A DNA stretch of 64,000 bases from Dictyostelium discoideum. Its lineage: Eukaryota. A model generated the notes under the pieces. The model saw nothing but the letters and a program-made list of their open reading frames with translations. It was not told where the DNA came from and searched no databases. A program made the position numbers and the translations under genes. Shown in pieces: positions 18,164-29,164 of the stretch (positions within the stretch are counted from its first letter, which is position 1; each line of letters starts with the position of its first letter). The DNA is taken from NCBI GenBank assembly GCA_000004695.1, contig CM000153.2:288001-352000 (forward strand), given 5' to 3'.

Positions 18164-18562
18164 TTAAACAAGATCCATAACATGACCAACTATAATTTTC
18201 TTTATTACTTTAAATACAAATTCAATATTTTCAGTATCTACAGCTATTGTGAAATGAGTATAAATTTTCTTATTTGGATCAATTTTAACAGATTCAAATT
18301 TTCTTTGAATGTGAAGTGAAACTGCTTCAAAACTATTTTCACCAGTATATTTTTTATCATAAGTTTTGAATGGTACTCTTTTTAATTTTTCAATAAACAT
18401 ATCTTTTTTATTCAAAAAGAGAATAATTGAACTTGAATCAAACCATTTACTATTACAAATTTCTTTAAATAAACTTAATGATTCATCCATTTTATTTACA
18501 TTTATATCTTCTCTTAATGCTTGATCATATCTATATAAAAACTAATATTAGTTTTTTTTTTT

Positions 18563-18611
<49 letters not shown>

Positions 18612-19384
18612 ACTCACTTAAACCAGCAACATAAATTACAGCAGAAACTTTATCAAAACAATGAATCCATTTTCTTCTTTGTGATCTTTGACCACCAACA
18701 TCGATAATTTTCATATTTATATTATCAAAAGTAACATCTGCTTCAATGATACCTTTTGTAGTAACTCTTGCTCTTAATGCATCTTGTGGTGTTGGAATGT
18801 AATTATCTTGGGTAACACGTTGTAAATTATTAAAGAAATATTCTGCTGAATCATTTAATTGAAATTCTTTATCTCTCTTTTCAAATGTACTCTTTATACC
18901 TGAATCATTCCATAATCTTACACTATTCTCTCCAATTTCTTTTGTCCATGTAACTGATGAATGATTTAATTCTAAATAATCTTTTGAAAGTTGCTAAATA
19001 AATAAAATAAATAAATAAAATTATTATTATTATTATTATTATTTTGTGGAAAAAAAAAATATGTATATATATATATTAAATATTTACTATATTTTCAGGT
19101 TGTAATTGAATACCAATACTTTCAGCAGCATTAATTAAAACTTGCAATTGAGTTATTATATTTATATAAATTGTATTACTAAATTCTTGTAACTCTTTTG
19201 TTGTCCAAAGACCATTTTCTTGTAAAATTTTTAATTGTTTGAAAATTGTTGATTTACCAGACTCACCTGCTCCAAGTAATAGTACTTGTGTAATACCTAA
19301 AAATGTCCTTTTATCATCTTTGATTGATTTTTCAATCTCCATTGATACTTTTGTATTATCATTTGATTTACATAAAAATGCCAT
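18164..19384 (-). CDS. Heterotrimeric G protein alpha subunit, 3 exons, 347 aa
   Basis: Exons 19384..19088, 18993..18614 and 18530..18164. Donors ATA|GTAAAT and GA|GTAAGT, acceptors ..tttag; phases 0/2 are consistent. P-loop LLLGAGESGKSTIFKQLKIL, switch regions DVGGQRSQRRKWIHCFD, NKKD box FLNKKDMF and TAVDT motif are all in order. The N-terminus MAFLCKS lacks Gly2, so no N-myristoylation; Cys5 is a possible palmitoylation site. Confidence 0.88.
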
Positions 19385-19948
19385 TTTTTTAAAAAAAAAA
19401 AAATCAATAATTAAATATAAAAATAAATATTTATTATTATTATTATCACAAGCTTTTTTTTTTTTTTTTTTTTTGAATTGGAACTATTATTATCACTGGC
19501 AATATCTTTTTTGATTTTTGATTTTTGAATTTTTTTTTTTTTTTTTTTTTTTGAAAAAAAAAAAAAAATTTGATGGTTTTGGGGTGGCTTAAAAAGTGAG
19601 AAAATTTGTGAGTTTTTATTGTGAAGTTATGTTTTTTTTTTTTTTAGAATAAATATGAATAATAATTATAATTTTATTGAGGCGTTGTGTTTAAATAATG
19701 ATGATGATGATGATAGTGTTGAGTGTGATTAATTAATTTTTTTTTTCTCATTATTTTTTTTATAATTTTTTTTTTAAATTTTTTTTTTTTTTCCCCAAAA
19801 ACTATAAAAAAAAATTAAAAAAAATTAAAATTAAATAAAATTAAATAAAATTAAGAGAATTTTATAAATATCTTTTTCTTTTTTTTAATTTTTTTAATTT
19901 TTTTTATTTTTTTTTTTTTTATTTTTAATTTTTCCAATCACCCAAAAA

Positions 19949-19997
<49 letters not shown>

Positions 19998-20199
19998 TTA
20001 ATAACCAATATAATTTGATGTTTAAAATTTTTGATCATGAAGTTTGCGAATTTGGATATTATTGTTTTGTTTAAAGATGGATTTTTATTGGATAATTATT
20101 ATTACCACACTTTGAATTTTTTAAAATTAAACACCAATTATAAAAAAAAGAATATTTTATTCTAAAAAAAAAAAAAATATTAAAAAAAAAAAAAAAAAT

Positions 20200-20440
20200 A
20201 TGTTTGGTGTTTTATTTGTTTCTTCAATTAAATCTAGTTCAGGTTTGGTTTACAAAATGATATTAGTGTACAAATTTAAAAGTTAATTTAATTGTTGATA
20301 GTTCTAATAAAAACAATTCATATTCAATTGAATATGTTGTGGATAGTTCATGTACTAATATGATTAATGCAGTAAATTATTTTAATAGTTATTTAGATCA
20401 CCGGAAAAAGCAATTTATAATTGTATTTGGAATATGTTGA
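20200..20440 (+). pseudogene. Truncated, frameshifted 5' fragment paralogous to the secreted glycoprotein gene at 23593
   Basis: MFGVLFVSSIKSSSG...NLIVDSSNKNNSYSIEYVVDSSCTNMINAVNYFNSY parallels MLSRKFNIILLLCVLFVSAIKSSSN...NLIVDSNKTNSYSSECGSSFEDSCNNIVDAVNYFHEY at DNA and protein level. An in-frame stop follows ~15 codons after the ATG, and nothing follows downstream. Confidence 0.5.
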
Positions 20441-21163
20441 TGTTTATGAATATTTATTTCTCCATACACAAAATCCCAAGGAGTAATTATTGATGGATTA
20501 ACCCATATGGAAATTTCTTTGACTATGGTAGTTGTTAAAGGTGTAGACCCACTTCCAACAATAAATACATAATTACAAGTATCAAATATTACTTTTGTAA
20601 ACTTTGTCAGATTATCACTTCTTTTATTATTTGAGAAAAAGGTTAATTATAAGAATTCCTGCGTAATTTTAATTAATTGTAATAAAATCTAAATTCGTCA
20701 TTTATTGAATCAAGAGATGTTCAACTCCTGGATATTTTTTAAAATTTTCTAATAGCACTATCCAAATTTAAAAAATTCGATTCCCTTACAAGAAAATAAA
20801 AAAACCATTTGAGATTTTTCACTTGTTTTTCAAATTTATGGCTTAAATTTTTTATAATTGTTTTTTTTTTTTTTTTCACATTTTAACAAGTGTGTATTAT
20901 TATTAAAAGATTGGAAATCTTGATTTTTACCAATCACTGGTGATGATGCTGCATTAACACTATCAAATCTAATACAATGTTATTGAATTTGATTTTGAAA
21001 AATTTGCTAAAATCTGACCTCTCTACCACCTAAACTATTACTAATATCCACTATTTTCTTATACACAACCAATACTATTTCCATTAACAGAATTTAAACT
21101 TGATAAACTTATTGAATTGGTTGTTGGTGCTACTATTGCTGTTGTTGATGTTGATGTTGGTGG

Positions 21164-21201
<38 letters not shown>

Positions 21202-21437
21202 CTTGTGCTTCTGTTACTATATTCACCTAACTTTGTTAATTCAGTTAATTCATCGCTATCTCCCATTCCAAAATTATCTTTGATTTCTTCAAGTAACTCT
21301 GTTGCAGTTACATTAGTTTCTAACTATATCTGCTTTTGTTAAATTATTACCATGAACTAATAAGAGTAAATGTTTGAATTTACTAAATGATAAACCTTTC
21401 CCATCAGCAGAGAAAATTATATTTTCAATAATAATCC

Positions 21438-21469
<32 letters not shown>

Positions 21470-21984
21470 TATATTTATTTGATTGAATAATACTATTATA
21501 AATTTGATAACTTTATATTTAAAATATTTTATATTTTATAATGAGTTGATAAAATTATTATTATTATTATTTAAATGTGCGTCAACTATAAAGTGTTTTA
21601 ATTCACTTATTTAATATTCACTTATTTGTGACTAACTTCCTTACATTAAAAAATTAAATGGAAAAAAAAAAAAAAAAAAAATATAAAATATAAAAATAAA
21701 ATAGTCTTTTCAATAGTTGTGGGGAATTTTTTTTGAAATTTGAAAGGACTAAATTTTTACTTTTTTTTTTTTTTAGTGAAATTAAATAAAATTCACTGCG
21801 CAGTGGAAAGAAATTTTATTGAAATTTCCCTGCAACAAATTTCCATATAAAATTCAGTGCTGGGAAAAATACTCAGAGTAACGCCAAAGTACTTTTGAAA
21901 TTTTTTAAAAAAAATTGAAAAAAATAAAAAAAGTACTGTAGTACTCTCATACTTTGAAGTACTTTATTACTTTTTCTCAATTTG

Positions 21985-22022
<38 letters not shown>

Positions 22023-22075
22023 ACATATATTTTATACTATTATTTATTTTATTATTATTATTTATTTTATTATTA

Positions 22076-22920
22076 TTATTTTTTTAATTTTTTGTTTTTC
22101 ATTAAAAAAATAAGAATAGATGCGTACTTGTCAGTGGTTGAGCATTTATCTTTAGTTAAAATTCTACCAGCAGATGAAAATAATCTTTCGGATTCTACAG
22201 AGGAAAGAGGTAAAGACAAAAGAATGAATGCTATTCGTGATAAAATCGGATATTTACTATTGATTGTATTATTTGACCACCATTTAAAATTATTTGTAAA
22301 TTGACTAGCCACATGTTCATCGTAAACTTTATATAGTTCTTGAATTTCCTGGTGAGATACCAACCTCATTTATTTGAGAGTTTTCATTATCATTATCATT
22401 ATCTTTACTTGTTATATTATCTACTTTATCTATATTATCTATTTTATCATTATCTATATTATCATAATCTAAATTATCATTATCTAAATTATCATTATCT
22501 AAATTATCATTATCTAAATTATCATTAAATAAATTATCATTATCTAAATTATCATTATCTAAATTATCATTATCTATATTATTATTATCATTATCTATAT
22601 TATCATTATCTAAATTTCCAACTCTATCTACATTACTATGATTAACATCATCATTAAAGAATCTATCCACTTCTCTACTATTATTATAATTTTGTTCATC
22701 TTCATCATCTAACTTTCTTTTTTTTTTTTTTCTTTTTTCAGAAAGTGATTTTATTTGGTCCGTTGTAAATAATTTACTATTAAAATAATATCTTCTCTTA
22801 AAAATTTAATATTTGTAAAAGATGGTAAAGGTAAATTATTTAATTCATATAATTGTTCAATTCTAGCTTTTCCTAATTTTTCAATGCTAAAAATTTGAGG
22901 CCTACTCATTTTATAATAAA
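22076..22920 (-). mobile_element. Remnant of a hAT-superfamily transposase gene (C-terminal dimerisation domain only), with upstream D/N-rich repeat and a short N-terminal ORF
   Basis: ORF 22369..22076 has FTNNFKWWSNNTINSKYPILSRIAFILLSLPLSSVESERLFSSAGRILTKDKCSTTDKYASILIFLMKN, which matches the hAT C-terminal dimerisation signature (WW...YP.L...A...LS.P.SS..SER.FS.AG...T..R..L). No BED finger or RNase-H-like catalytic core lies upstream; there are only (DNxDN)n repeats and a disrupted ORF MSRPQIFSIEKLGKARIEQLYELNNL.... This looks like a decayed or domesticated element. Confidence 0.55.
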
Positions 22921-23080
22921 TTTATATCTGTATATCTTTTTCAGTTAAAAAAAATAAAAAATAAAAAATAAAAAAAATAAAATAATAATTTTTTAAAAAT
23001 TAAAAGAACTGAAAAGAAAACTAAAAAGTAAATTACCGAAAGTACTTTTTAATTTTTGAAAATACTTTTTTTTTTTTTGG

Positions 23081-23500
23081 TGAAAGTCATGATTTCCTTT
23101 GCAAGAAAAAAAAAAAACAAAAAAAAAACAATTTTTTTGATTTTTTTTTTTTTTTTTTTGGTGAAAGTCATGATTTCCTTTGCAAGAAAAAAAAAAAAAA
23201 AAAAAAATATCAAATTTTGAAAAAAAAAAAAAAATTTTAAATTATGGCTTGTTTCGGTATTTCTAAAAATTATTATCTGAAAGTGTGTTTGGATACCATT
23301 TTTTTTTCTTTGTTTTCCAAGATTATAGAAAAAAAAAATAAATTATTTTTTTAAAGACAATAAAATTTTAGAATAATTTGAAACGTGTTCTAAATGTCTG
23401 AAAGTGTGGTTGGTTATCCGATTTTTATTCTTTATTCTCCAAGATTATAGAAAAAAAATAAGAATTCTTTTTTTTTTAAAATCAAGAAAATTTTAATATA
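23081..23500. repeat. Local direct repeats upstream of gene 23593: a 35-bp motif (tttggtgaaagtcatgatttcctttgcaagaaaaaa) x2, then a ~120-bp unit (ctgaaagtgtgNttgg...ccaagattatagaaaaaaaa) x2
   Basis: Copies at 23081-23120 and 23155-23195, and at 23277-23345 and 23397-23460. atcaagaaaattttaNtataaattaaaaaaaa also occurs twice (23481, 23539). Confidence 0.75.
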
Positions 23501-23592
23501 AATTAAAAAAAAAAAAAAAAAAAAACATCAAATCATTTTTCAACATCAAGAAAATTTTAGTATAAATTAAAAAAAAAAAAAATTAAAAAAAA

Positions 23593-25110
23593 ATGTTATC
23601 AAGAAAATTTAATATCATATTATTACTTTGTGTTTTATTTGTTTCTGCTATTAAATCAAGTTCAAATTTAGTTTCTAATCCAAATGCCAACCCTACAATT
23701 TTAAATTTAATTGTTGATTCTAACAAAACCAATTCATATTCAAGTGAATGTGGTAGTTCTTTTGAAGACTCATGTAACAATATTGTGGACGCTGTGAATT
23801 ATTTCCATGAATATAAGAGCAAACCAGAAAACTATAATTCTGCATTGGTTTTGAAATTAGCTGATGGAATATATTCTGGTAAAGTAAATTATATACATAG
23901 TGGATTGGGTTTACATATAACAATTTCAACATACACTTCAAACTCCAATGATGTCATTATTGATGGATCTGATCTCCAAAATGATTTGATTGATTTTGAT
24001 AGTAATTGTTTTAATCCACCTTCTTCAAAAACATATTTAAAAGTATCCAATGTTGCCTTTGTAAACTTTTTCAGCCTTAACTATGACATCTTACATTCAG
24101 ATACATATGGAAAGATGGAAACACAATATATTTTTGATAGATGTAAATTTTTAAATTCTACAAACTTGAGATTCACAGGATATGGGGAATCAAAAGAAGT
24201 AAATTCAATTAGTTTTGAAAAATCAATTTTTGAAAACGTTACTTTCAGAAAATATTCCTTTTTTGCCACAAATTACACAACATCTTTTACATTTACAAAA
24301 TTCAATTCAGTATCCTTTGACGATTCTTTTATTGTTGAAGAGATAGATTCAAAAAAAAAATTAATTGGTTGTTCTTTTAATCAAGTTTCTTTTGGCACTA
24401 AAACCCAAAAGTTATATTTTATCGAGGCAAAGGACCTATCAATTGAATCTTCAACTTTTAATCAAATTATAGGTCCAAAAAGTTCAACTCCTGCTTCTTT
24501 GTTAAAAATTTCAAATAACGTAAATATTACTTTAATTATGTTAAATTCTTTTAATAACTTTGATGGTGTTTTGGCAGAATCAAATAACTCTATGATTTTA
24601 TTCAGTTCAAACACATTTTCAAATAGTAATAGCAAACCAATCATCAAATCATTGAATTCAAATGTAATGTACCATTCCAATACTTTTAAATATTCCAGAA
24701 ATTTAAATGATGATCAATTAATTGATTGCACAGACTCATCAATTTCATTTACATCAAATAATGATGGTAGTGAGATTTTTGAAAAAAATCCACTTTGTAA
24801 AGATTGTTTTATATCTATTGGTTCTAAAACAGTTTGTTCTAAAAAAACAACAACAACATCCTCAACCTCTTCTTCAATTGCAACCACCGGTGAAACCACT
24901 TATACTTCTACCACTGGTGATGATGATGATCATCCAAATGGTTCAGTTGATGGTAAATCTGATTCATATCAATTTTTAGTTATTATTTTAATAATAATTT
25001 CTTATTTTTTTAATTTTACTTTATTTTATTTTATTTTATTTATTTTATTTTATTTTATTTATTTTATTTTAAAATATTATAAAAATGCCAATAATAATAC
25101 TATAGCTTGA
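23593..25110 (+). CDS. Secreted/membrane Ser/Thr- and Asn-rich glycoprotein (505 aa) with signal peptide, many NxS/T sequons, a poly-Thr/Ser stalk and a C-terminal hydrophobic anchor
   Basis: Continuous ORF. N-terminal MLSRKFNIILLLCVLFVSAIKSSS is a signal peptide. Repetitive N..F/S-T segments are followed by CSKKTTTTSSTSSSIATTGETTYTSTTG and a hydrophobic tail. A 5' paralogous fragment lies at 20200. The last ~40 nt overlap the 3' end of the convergent gene 25069-25714. Confidence 0.6.
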   Translation: MLSRKFNIILLLCVLFVSAIKSSSNLVSNPNANPTILNLIVDSNKTNSYSSECGSSFEDSCNNIVDAVNYFHEYKSKPENYNSALVLKLADGIYSGKVNYIHSGLGLHITISTYTSNSNDVIIDGSDLQNDLIDFDSNCFNPPSSKTYLKVSNVAFVNFFSLNYDILHSDTYGKMETQYIFDRCKFLNSTNLRFTGYGESKEVNSISFEKSIFENVTFRKYSFFATNYTTSFTFTKFNSVSFDDSFIVEEIDSKKKLIGCSFNQVSFGTKTQKLYFIEAKDLSIESSTFNQIIGPKSSTPASLLKISNNVNITLIMLNSFNNFDGVLAESNNSMILFSSNTFSNSNSKPIIKSLNSNVMYHSNTFKYSRNLNDDQLIDCTDSSISFTSNNDGSEIFEKNPLCKDCFISIGSKTVCSKKTTTTSSTSSSIATTGETTYTSTTGDDDDHPNGSVDGKSDSYQFLVIILIIISYFFNFTLFYFILFILFYFIYFILKYYKNANNNTIA

Positions 25111-25714
25111 AATTAATTTTGATGATGTTGAAGAATCGGGGAACGATTCGTAGCAAGATAAATATTGATAGTTTTTAGCTTTTGAAAGTAAATCATTCTT
25201 ACAATCAATTGAACCATAGGATTCAGTACTTCCAATTCCGGTACAATCTTTAGAAGTGTAGGTTGAAATAGTGTAATTTTGGAAAGGATCATAATTGATT
25301 TTAATATTTGTACCACATACTGATGAACATAAACCAATTGTAACATTTTTATCATCGACACAAGAACCTTTAACAAATTTGAAAGAATAATATTTTGGAT
25401 TCAATGTTGAACAAGTAACTTTCCCATCTGATCCAAGACTATTAATTTCATTATTGCAACCAAATGAAATAATAAAAGGAGTGTTTGTGTTTTGATAGTA
25501 ACCAATGGTTTCGTAATCATAATCTGTATAGAAAGAAATTTTTTTATTTTTTCCATCATTCTGGATCCGGATCTTTGCATATTTATTACAAAATCTACCA
25601 CATTCACTCGAGTTTAATGTATTATCTTCACAACCATTTGCTTGTAATTTAAATACTTCTTGATGTGATGATACAATTAAAAATATATCAAATAAAAATA
25701 AAAATAAATTTCAT
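25069..25714 (-). pseudogene. Small Cys-rich GPI-type secreted protein family, copy S1. The initiator ATG is out of frame by 1 nt relative to the otherwise intact 213-codon body.
   Basis: ATG at 25714 reads MKFIFIFI-stop. The family frame (LFLFLFDIFLIVSSHQEVFKLQANGCED...KVTCSTLNPKYYSFKFVKGSCVDDK...CGTNIKINYDPFQNYTISTYTSKDCTGIGSTESYGSIDCKND...SSKLISSYSIIIGIFIIF) is open from 25710 to stop 25069. So there is a 1-nt indel in the signal-peptide T/A homopolymer: either a pseudogene or a sequencing error. Confidence 0.55.
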
Positions 25715-25918
25715 GGTTATGATGATGATTGTTTGAAAAAAACGAAATTGTTTAAAAAAAAAAAATTAATTTAAATTAGAAAGCAAGATTTTTTTTTTTT
25801 TTCTAGGAAAAGTTCGCCAAAAAAAAAAAGATTTTTTTTAAATTGATTCTATTTTTTCCCACCATTCCTAAACTATGATTTTTTTTTTTCTTTCAAAGTT
25901 TTTTCTTTATTAACTACA

Positions 25919-27895
25919 TTGGTAATAAACTCTGGGAGTTATGTTGATAATTACTTTTTTATTTCTCTTTTTGATAATAAATCAGAAAGCTATCCAATTT
26001 TAAAACCACAACAACAAATGGAATTAAGTTCATATATTAATGCTTTTTTATACATTAATTGTACAAATTGTGATGGAGCAAATTTAATAGGTTTATCAAA
26101 ATTATACAAAAATAGAGGAAAAGATATTCATGTACACATTTATGATGTCTCTTTGAATGATAGTGGAATTTATTTGGAGGCTCCAATTATCCATTTAAAA
26201 GATCTGGTGCCTTACAATTACTAACTGATTTTAGAATCTTTGACAATCAAATATTTCAATTTAATGGTAGTTCAATAGTATCAATAAGTAGCTTTTTCAT
26301 TCCAAAAGTTTATGATTTTCAACCATATATTATTGGAAAATTAGAATTTTCAAATGGTACAATTTATAACTTGGATTATAATACTTTGAATAATTTTTTA
26401 TTATACACAAGGCATATTCAATATTCCAAGTTGTTATGGTAATGGTAATTTTTCAATTTATATTAAAGATAAATTGGTACATACAAATCCATTTAGTTAT
26501 CAACCACCATCAAAGTGGATATCATCATTCACTCAAAATCAAGAAAAGGTACAATTACATCTTTCATTCTCACTTTCTTTATTACAATAACAAGTATTAA
26601 ATATAATGATAAAAATGGAAAAGATTTAGATTATAATTTAATTGAACCAAATATTATTTCATTGACACTAAATACATATTCTACAAATGCATTTTCATTT
26701 AATGATGATTATCATAATGAAACTTTACCAAATGGACTTCTTAATTAGTCCGTCCAATTATTTATAGTTATCCAATTGAAAATGATGTAATAACAATGGA
26801 GGGTCTCTTTTTTTAAAAATTATCAAATTATAAATTCTATCAAGGTGATAGTAAAAATGCTGTTTCTTTTGATCAAGTAACCTATTTCGACATTTCAAGG
26901 TTAGGTTTAATTATGAATCAGGCTTCACGTGTATATGTTAATAGTGATGATTATTCGTTCATAAGGGTACCAGATCTAACTTTTACGAGCGTGCAAGACC
27001 AATTATTGTTTACATGTAGTAATTGTTTAGGTGGATATATCAATATAAATGAACCAGAAAGTAATCAAGATTCTCAATTCTCTCAAATTGGTACAATTGT
27101 AAAACAATTTAATACAAATACAATTTTTAATAAATACAATATTTTACATTTACTAAAGATTCAAAAACAATAGTTATTCAACCACCATTACCTACAAATG
27201 TAATAGTTCACGAAGATTCAGCTCAATATTCAACTTTCAGTAATAATACTATTATAGTTAGTGCTGATTTTTTAATGGATAAATACAATGGTTTTGATAA
27301 TATCGATTTCCAATTTAAATTTGATAATGGTATAATTTATTCAGCAAATAAACAACTTTTATCTAAATCGGTTCAAAACTATAAATATCAAATAAATGCA
27401 CCATTTGCATATGGATCTGGTAATTTTAGTGCATTTGTTACTTTTGAAAATAGTAATAAGTCAATAACAAATTCGATCCCATTCTATTATCCAACAAAAC
27501 CAATAATCACTTCAATGTCATCAATCAAGGATCAAGAACTTATAATAAGAGGTGATGGTTTCTTTGGTGTAAAAATAGTTGCTTCTTTTAAAACAATTGA
27601 TCGAATTACTGTCGAATGTGAATATAAAACTTATAACCAAGATACAAATAGAAAATTTTATTGTCAGTTTAATCATATGTCCTATTACATACAATATTCC
27701 CCAGATGATCCAATTACAATTCAATTAAGAAATAATGGTGAATTAAATTCCAAATTTGAACCAGCTTATACCCAAACCTTTTTTTATGATTCAAAATCTA
27801 ATTCAGAAATGTTAAACAATGATATTAGTTTACATTCAGTTTTCTCCAAATTACTTGTAACTCTTTTTATTCTAATATCAATATTGCTTCAATAA
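25919..27895 (+). pseudogene. TIG-like glycoprotein family copy 1: exon-3 and exon-4 homologues only, multiple frameshifts/stops
   Basis: The broken ORFs 25919..26224, 26515..26748, 26913..27173 and 27275..27895 each match successive parts of exons 3-4 of the intact copies (VDNYFFISLF..., ITSIKYNDKNGKDLDYNLIEPNI..., LLFTCSNCLGGYININEPESNQDSQFSQIGTIVKQFNTNTIFNKYNI, ...SLHSVFSKLLVTLFILISILLQ). No exons 1-2 are present. Confidence 0.8.
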
Positions 27896-27944
27896 ATAAA
27901 TAAAAACAAATAAAGACACAAAAACATTATTTTGATATCTAAAC

Positions 27945-27947
<3 letters not shown>

Positions 27948-28018
<71 letters not shown>

Positions 28019-28021
28019 TTT
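27948..28021. repeat. (TTA)n microsatellite
   Basis: Perfect tta repeats. Inverse-complementary to the (AAT)n blocks at 30602, 35689 and 41067. Confidence 0.9.
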
Positions 28022-28205
28022 AAGTTCAGCCAGAGTTGATAACCACAATTCTTGATAGGACGGAAGAGATCAAAGAATGTAATGTTGTACCATGTTTACC
28101 CGCGAAAACTTGATTACTACTTTTTCAATTTAATTGAAGATCTTTCATGCATGTTTACGTGATACCAATACTCTTGCAATCCATTTGAAAGATAAGATTT
28201 AATAA

Positions 28206-28345
28206 TGTTGGTTGAATTGATTCAACTATTACTATTACTATTACTATTACTATTACTATTGTTATTGTTATTGTTATTGTTATTGTTATTGTTATTGTTA
28301 TTGTTATTGTTATTGTTATTGTTATTGTTATTGTTATTGTTATTA
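28206..28345. repeat. (CTATTA)n then (GTTATT)n hexamer satellite
   Basis: Seen directly. The reverse complement resembles the (GATAGT/AATAGT)n block at 30100-30265. Confidence 0.85.
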
Positions 28346-28559
28346 CTATTTCTACCAATACTATATTCACTACCTAAACTATTACTCTCTCTACTATTTT
28401 ATCTACCAATATTATCTCCATCAATTGAATTTAAATTTTATAACTTGTTGAATTTGTTGATGCTGTTGTTGTTTGTTTGTGTGCTTTTGGATGAGAATTT
28501 ACACAACATATTTGCAATGAGTTTTAAACGTTTCAAACAAATACTTAAAACGGTGCTTT

Positions 28560-28850
28560 TGAATTGATTAAACAATAGCCTTGAGAAGGGTGATGCATCA
28601 CTTGTAATTATACCATAATGACCAGAAGGTGGTTGAGTGGTGCAAAAAGGACGAGTGTACCCAGAACGAATAACAGAATCAATGGCAGCACAAACCAAAC
28701 CACTTACTCTCGATGAGGCTTTAATAGAACGAATTGGACATGCATATGTAGAGTTTTAACTTGGATTGTATATCTCCACATGTCCAATCATTGGAAGTCT
28801 CAGTAGAGCTGATCACAATGCTCACTCTTCGATATCTTGTATTTTTGGCA
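28560..28850 (+). repeat. Dispersed repeat module Q, copy 1 (~290 bp, unknown class)
   Basis: ~85-90% identical to 41505..41790 (caatagccttgagaagg...ccagaacgaata...gcagcacaaac.aaaccacttactctcgatg.ggctttaat.gaacgaattggacatgcatatgt). Both strands carry short ORFs in both copies. Bounded by unrelated sequence. Confidence 0.7.
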
Positions 28851-29164
28851 AGACTCTTGTTAAATTAAATGGAGAGGTATAATATACTTATACCATCCTT
28901 ATTAGTATTGATTGATGTATTTTTTAAACTAGTGGCCACTGAGATATTGACAAGAGCTCGATAGCCGACACTCATTCCATTCTATATGTACAATGGTAAT
29001 TATCGAACCATCACGTGAATAACAACAAGAGTTCCACCATCTTCTAAACTGGTTATGTTTTGTTTACAACTATCTTTAATTTGTGATTTATTAAACATTT
29101 GGTTGGTTTGGAAGGATATGAGTATTGGCAGAAATTAAATTTTTCTCTTTTTCATTTACTAAAT

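Noticed and set aside
20403-20650. Minus-strand stop-to-stop frame (~82 codons, no ATG): ...NYVFIVGSGSTPLTTTIVKEISIWVNPSIITPWDFVYGEINIHKHQHIPNTIINCFFR
   Set aside because: No start codon, no recognisable family, and it overlaps the 3' end of the 20200 pseudogene fragment. Possibly another gene relic; insufficient evidence.
21084-21420. Minus-strand fragments (MGDSDELTELTKLGEYSNRST..., ...IIIENIIFSADGKGLSFSKFKHLLLLVHGNNLTKADIVRN) suggesting a decayed gene
   Set aside because: Stops and frameshifts throughout, no identifiable domain. ORFs 21084..21266 and 21100..21342 are poly-N and poly-L translations of a simple repeat.
25401-25607. ORF 25401..25607 (-) listed in the ORF track
   Set aside because: It is in the wrong frame relative to the conserved S-family frame, which is open through this region. 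A chance ORF inside the real gene.
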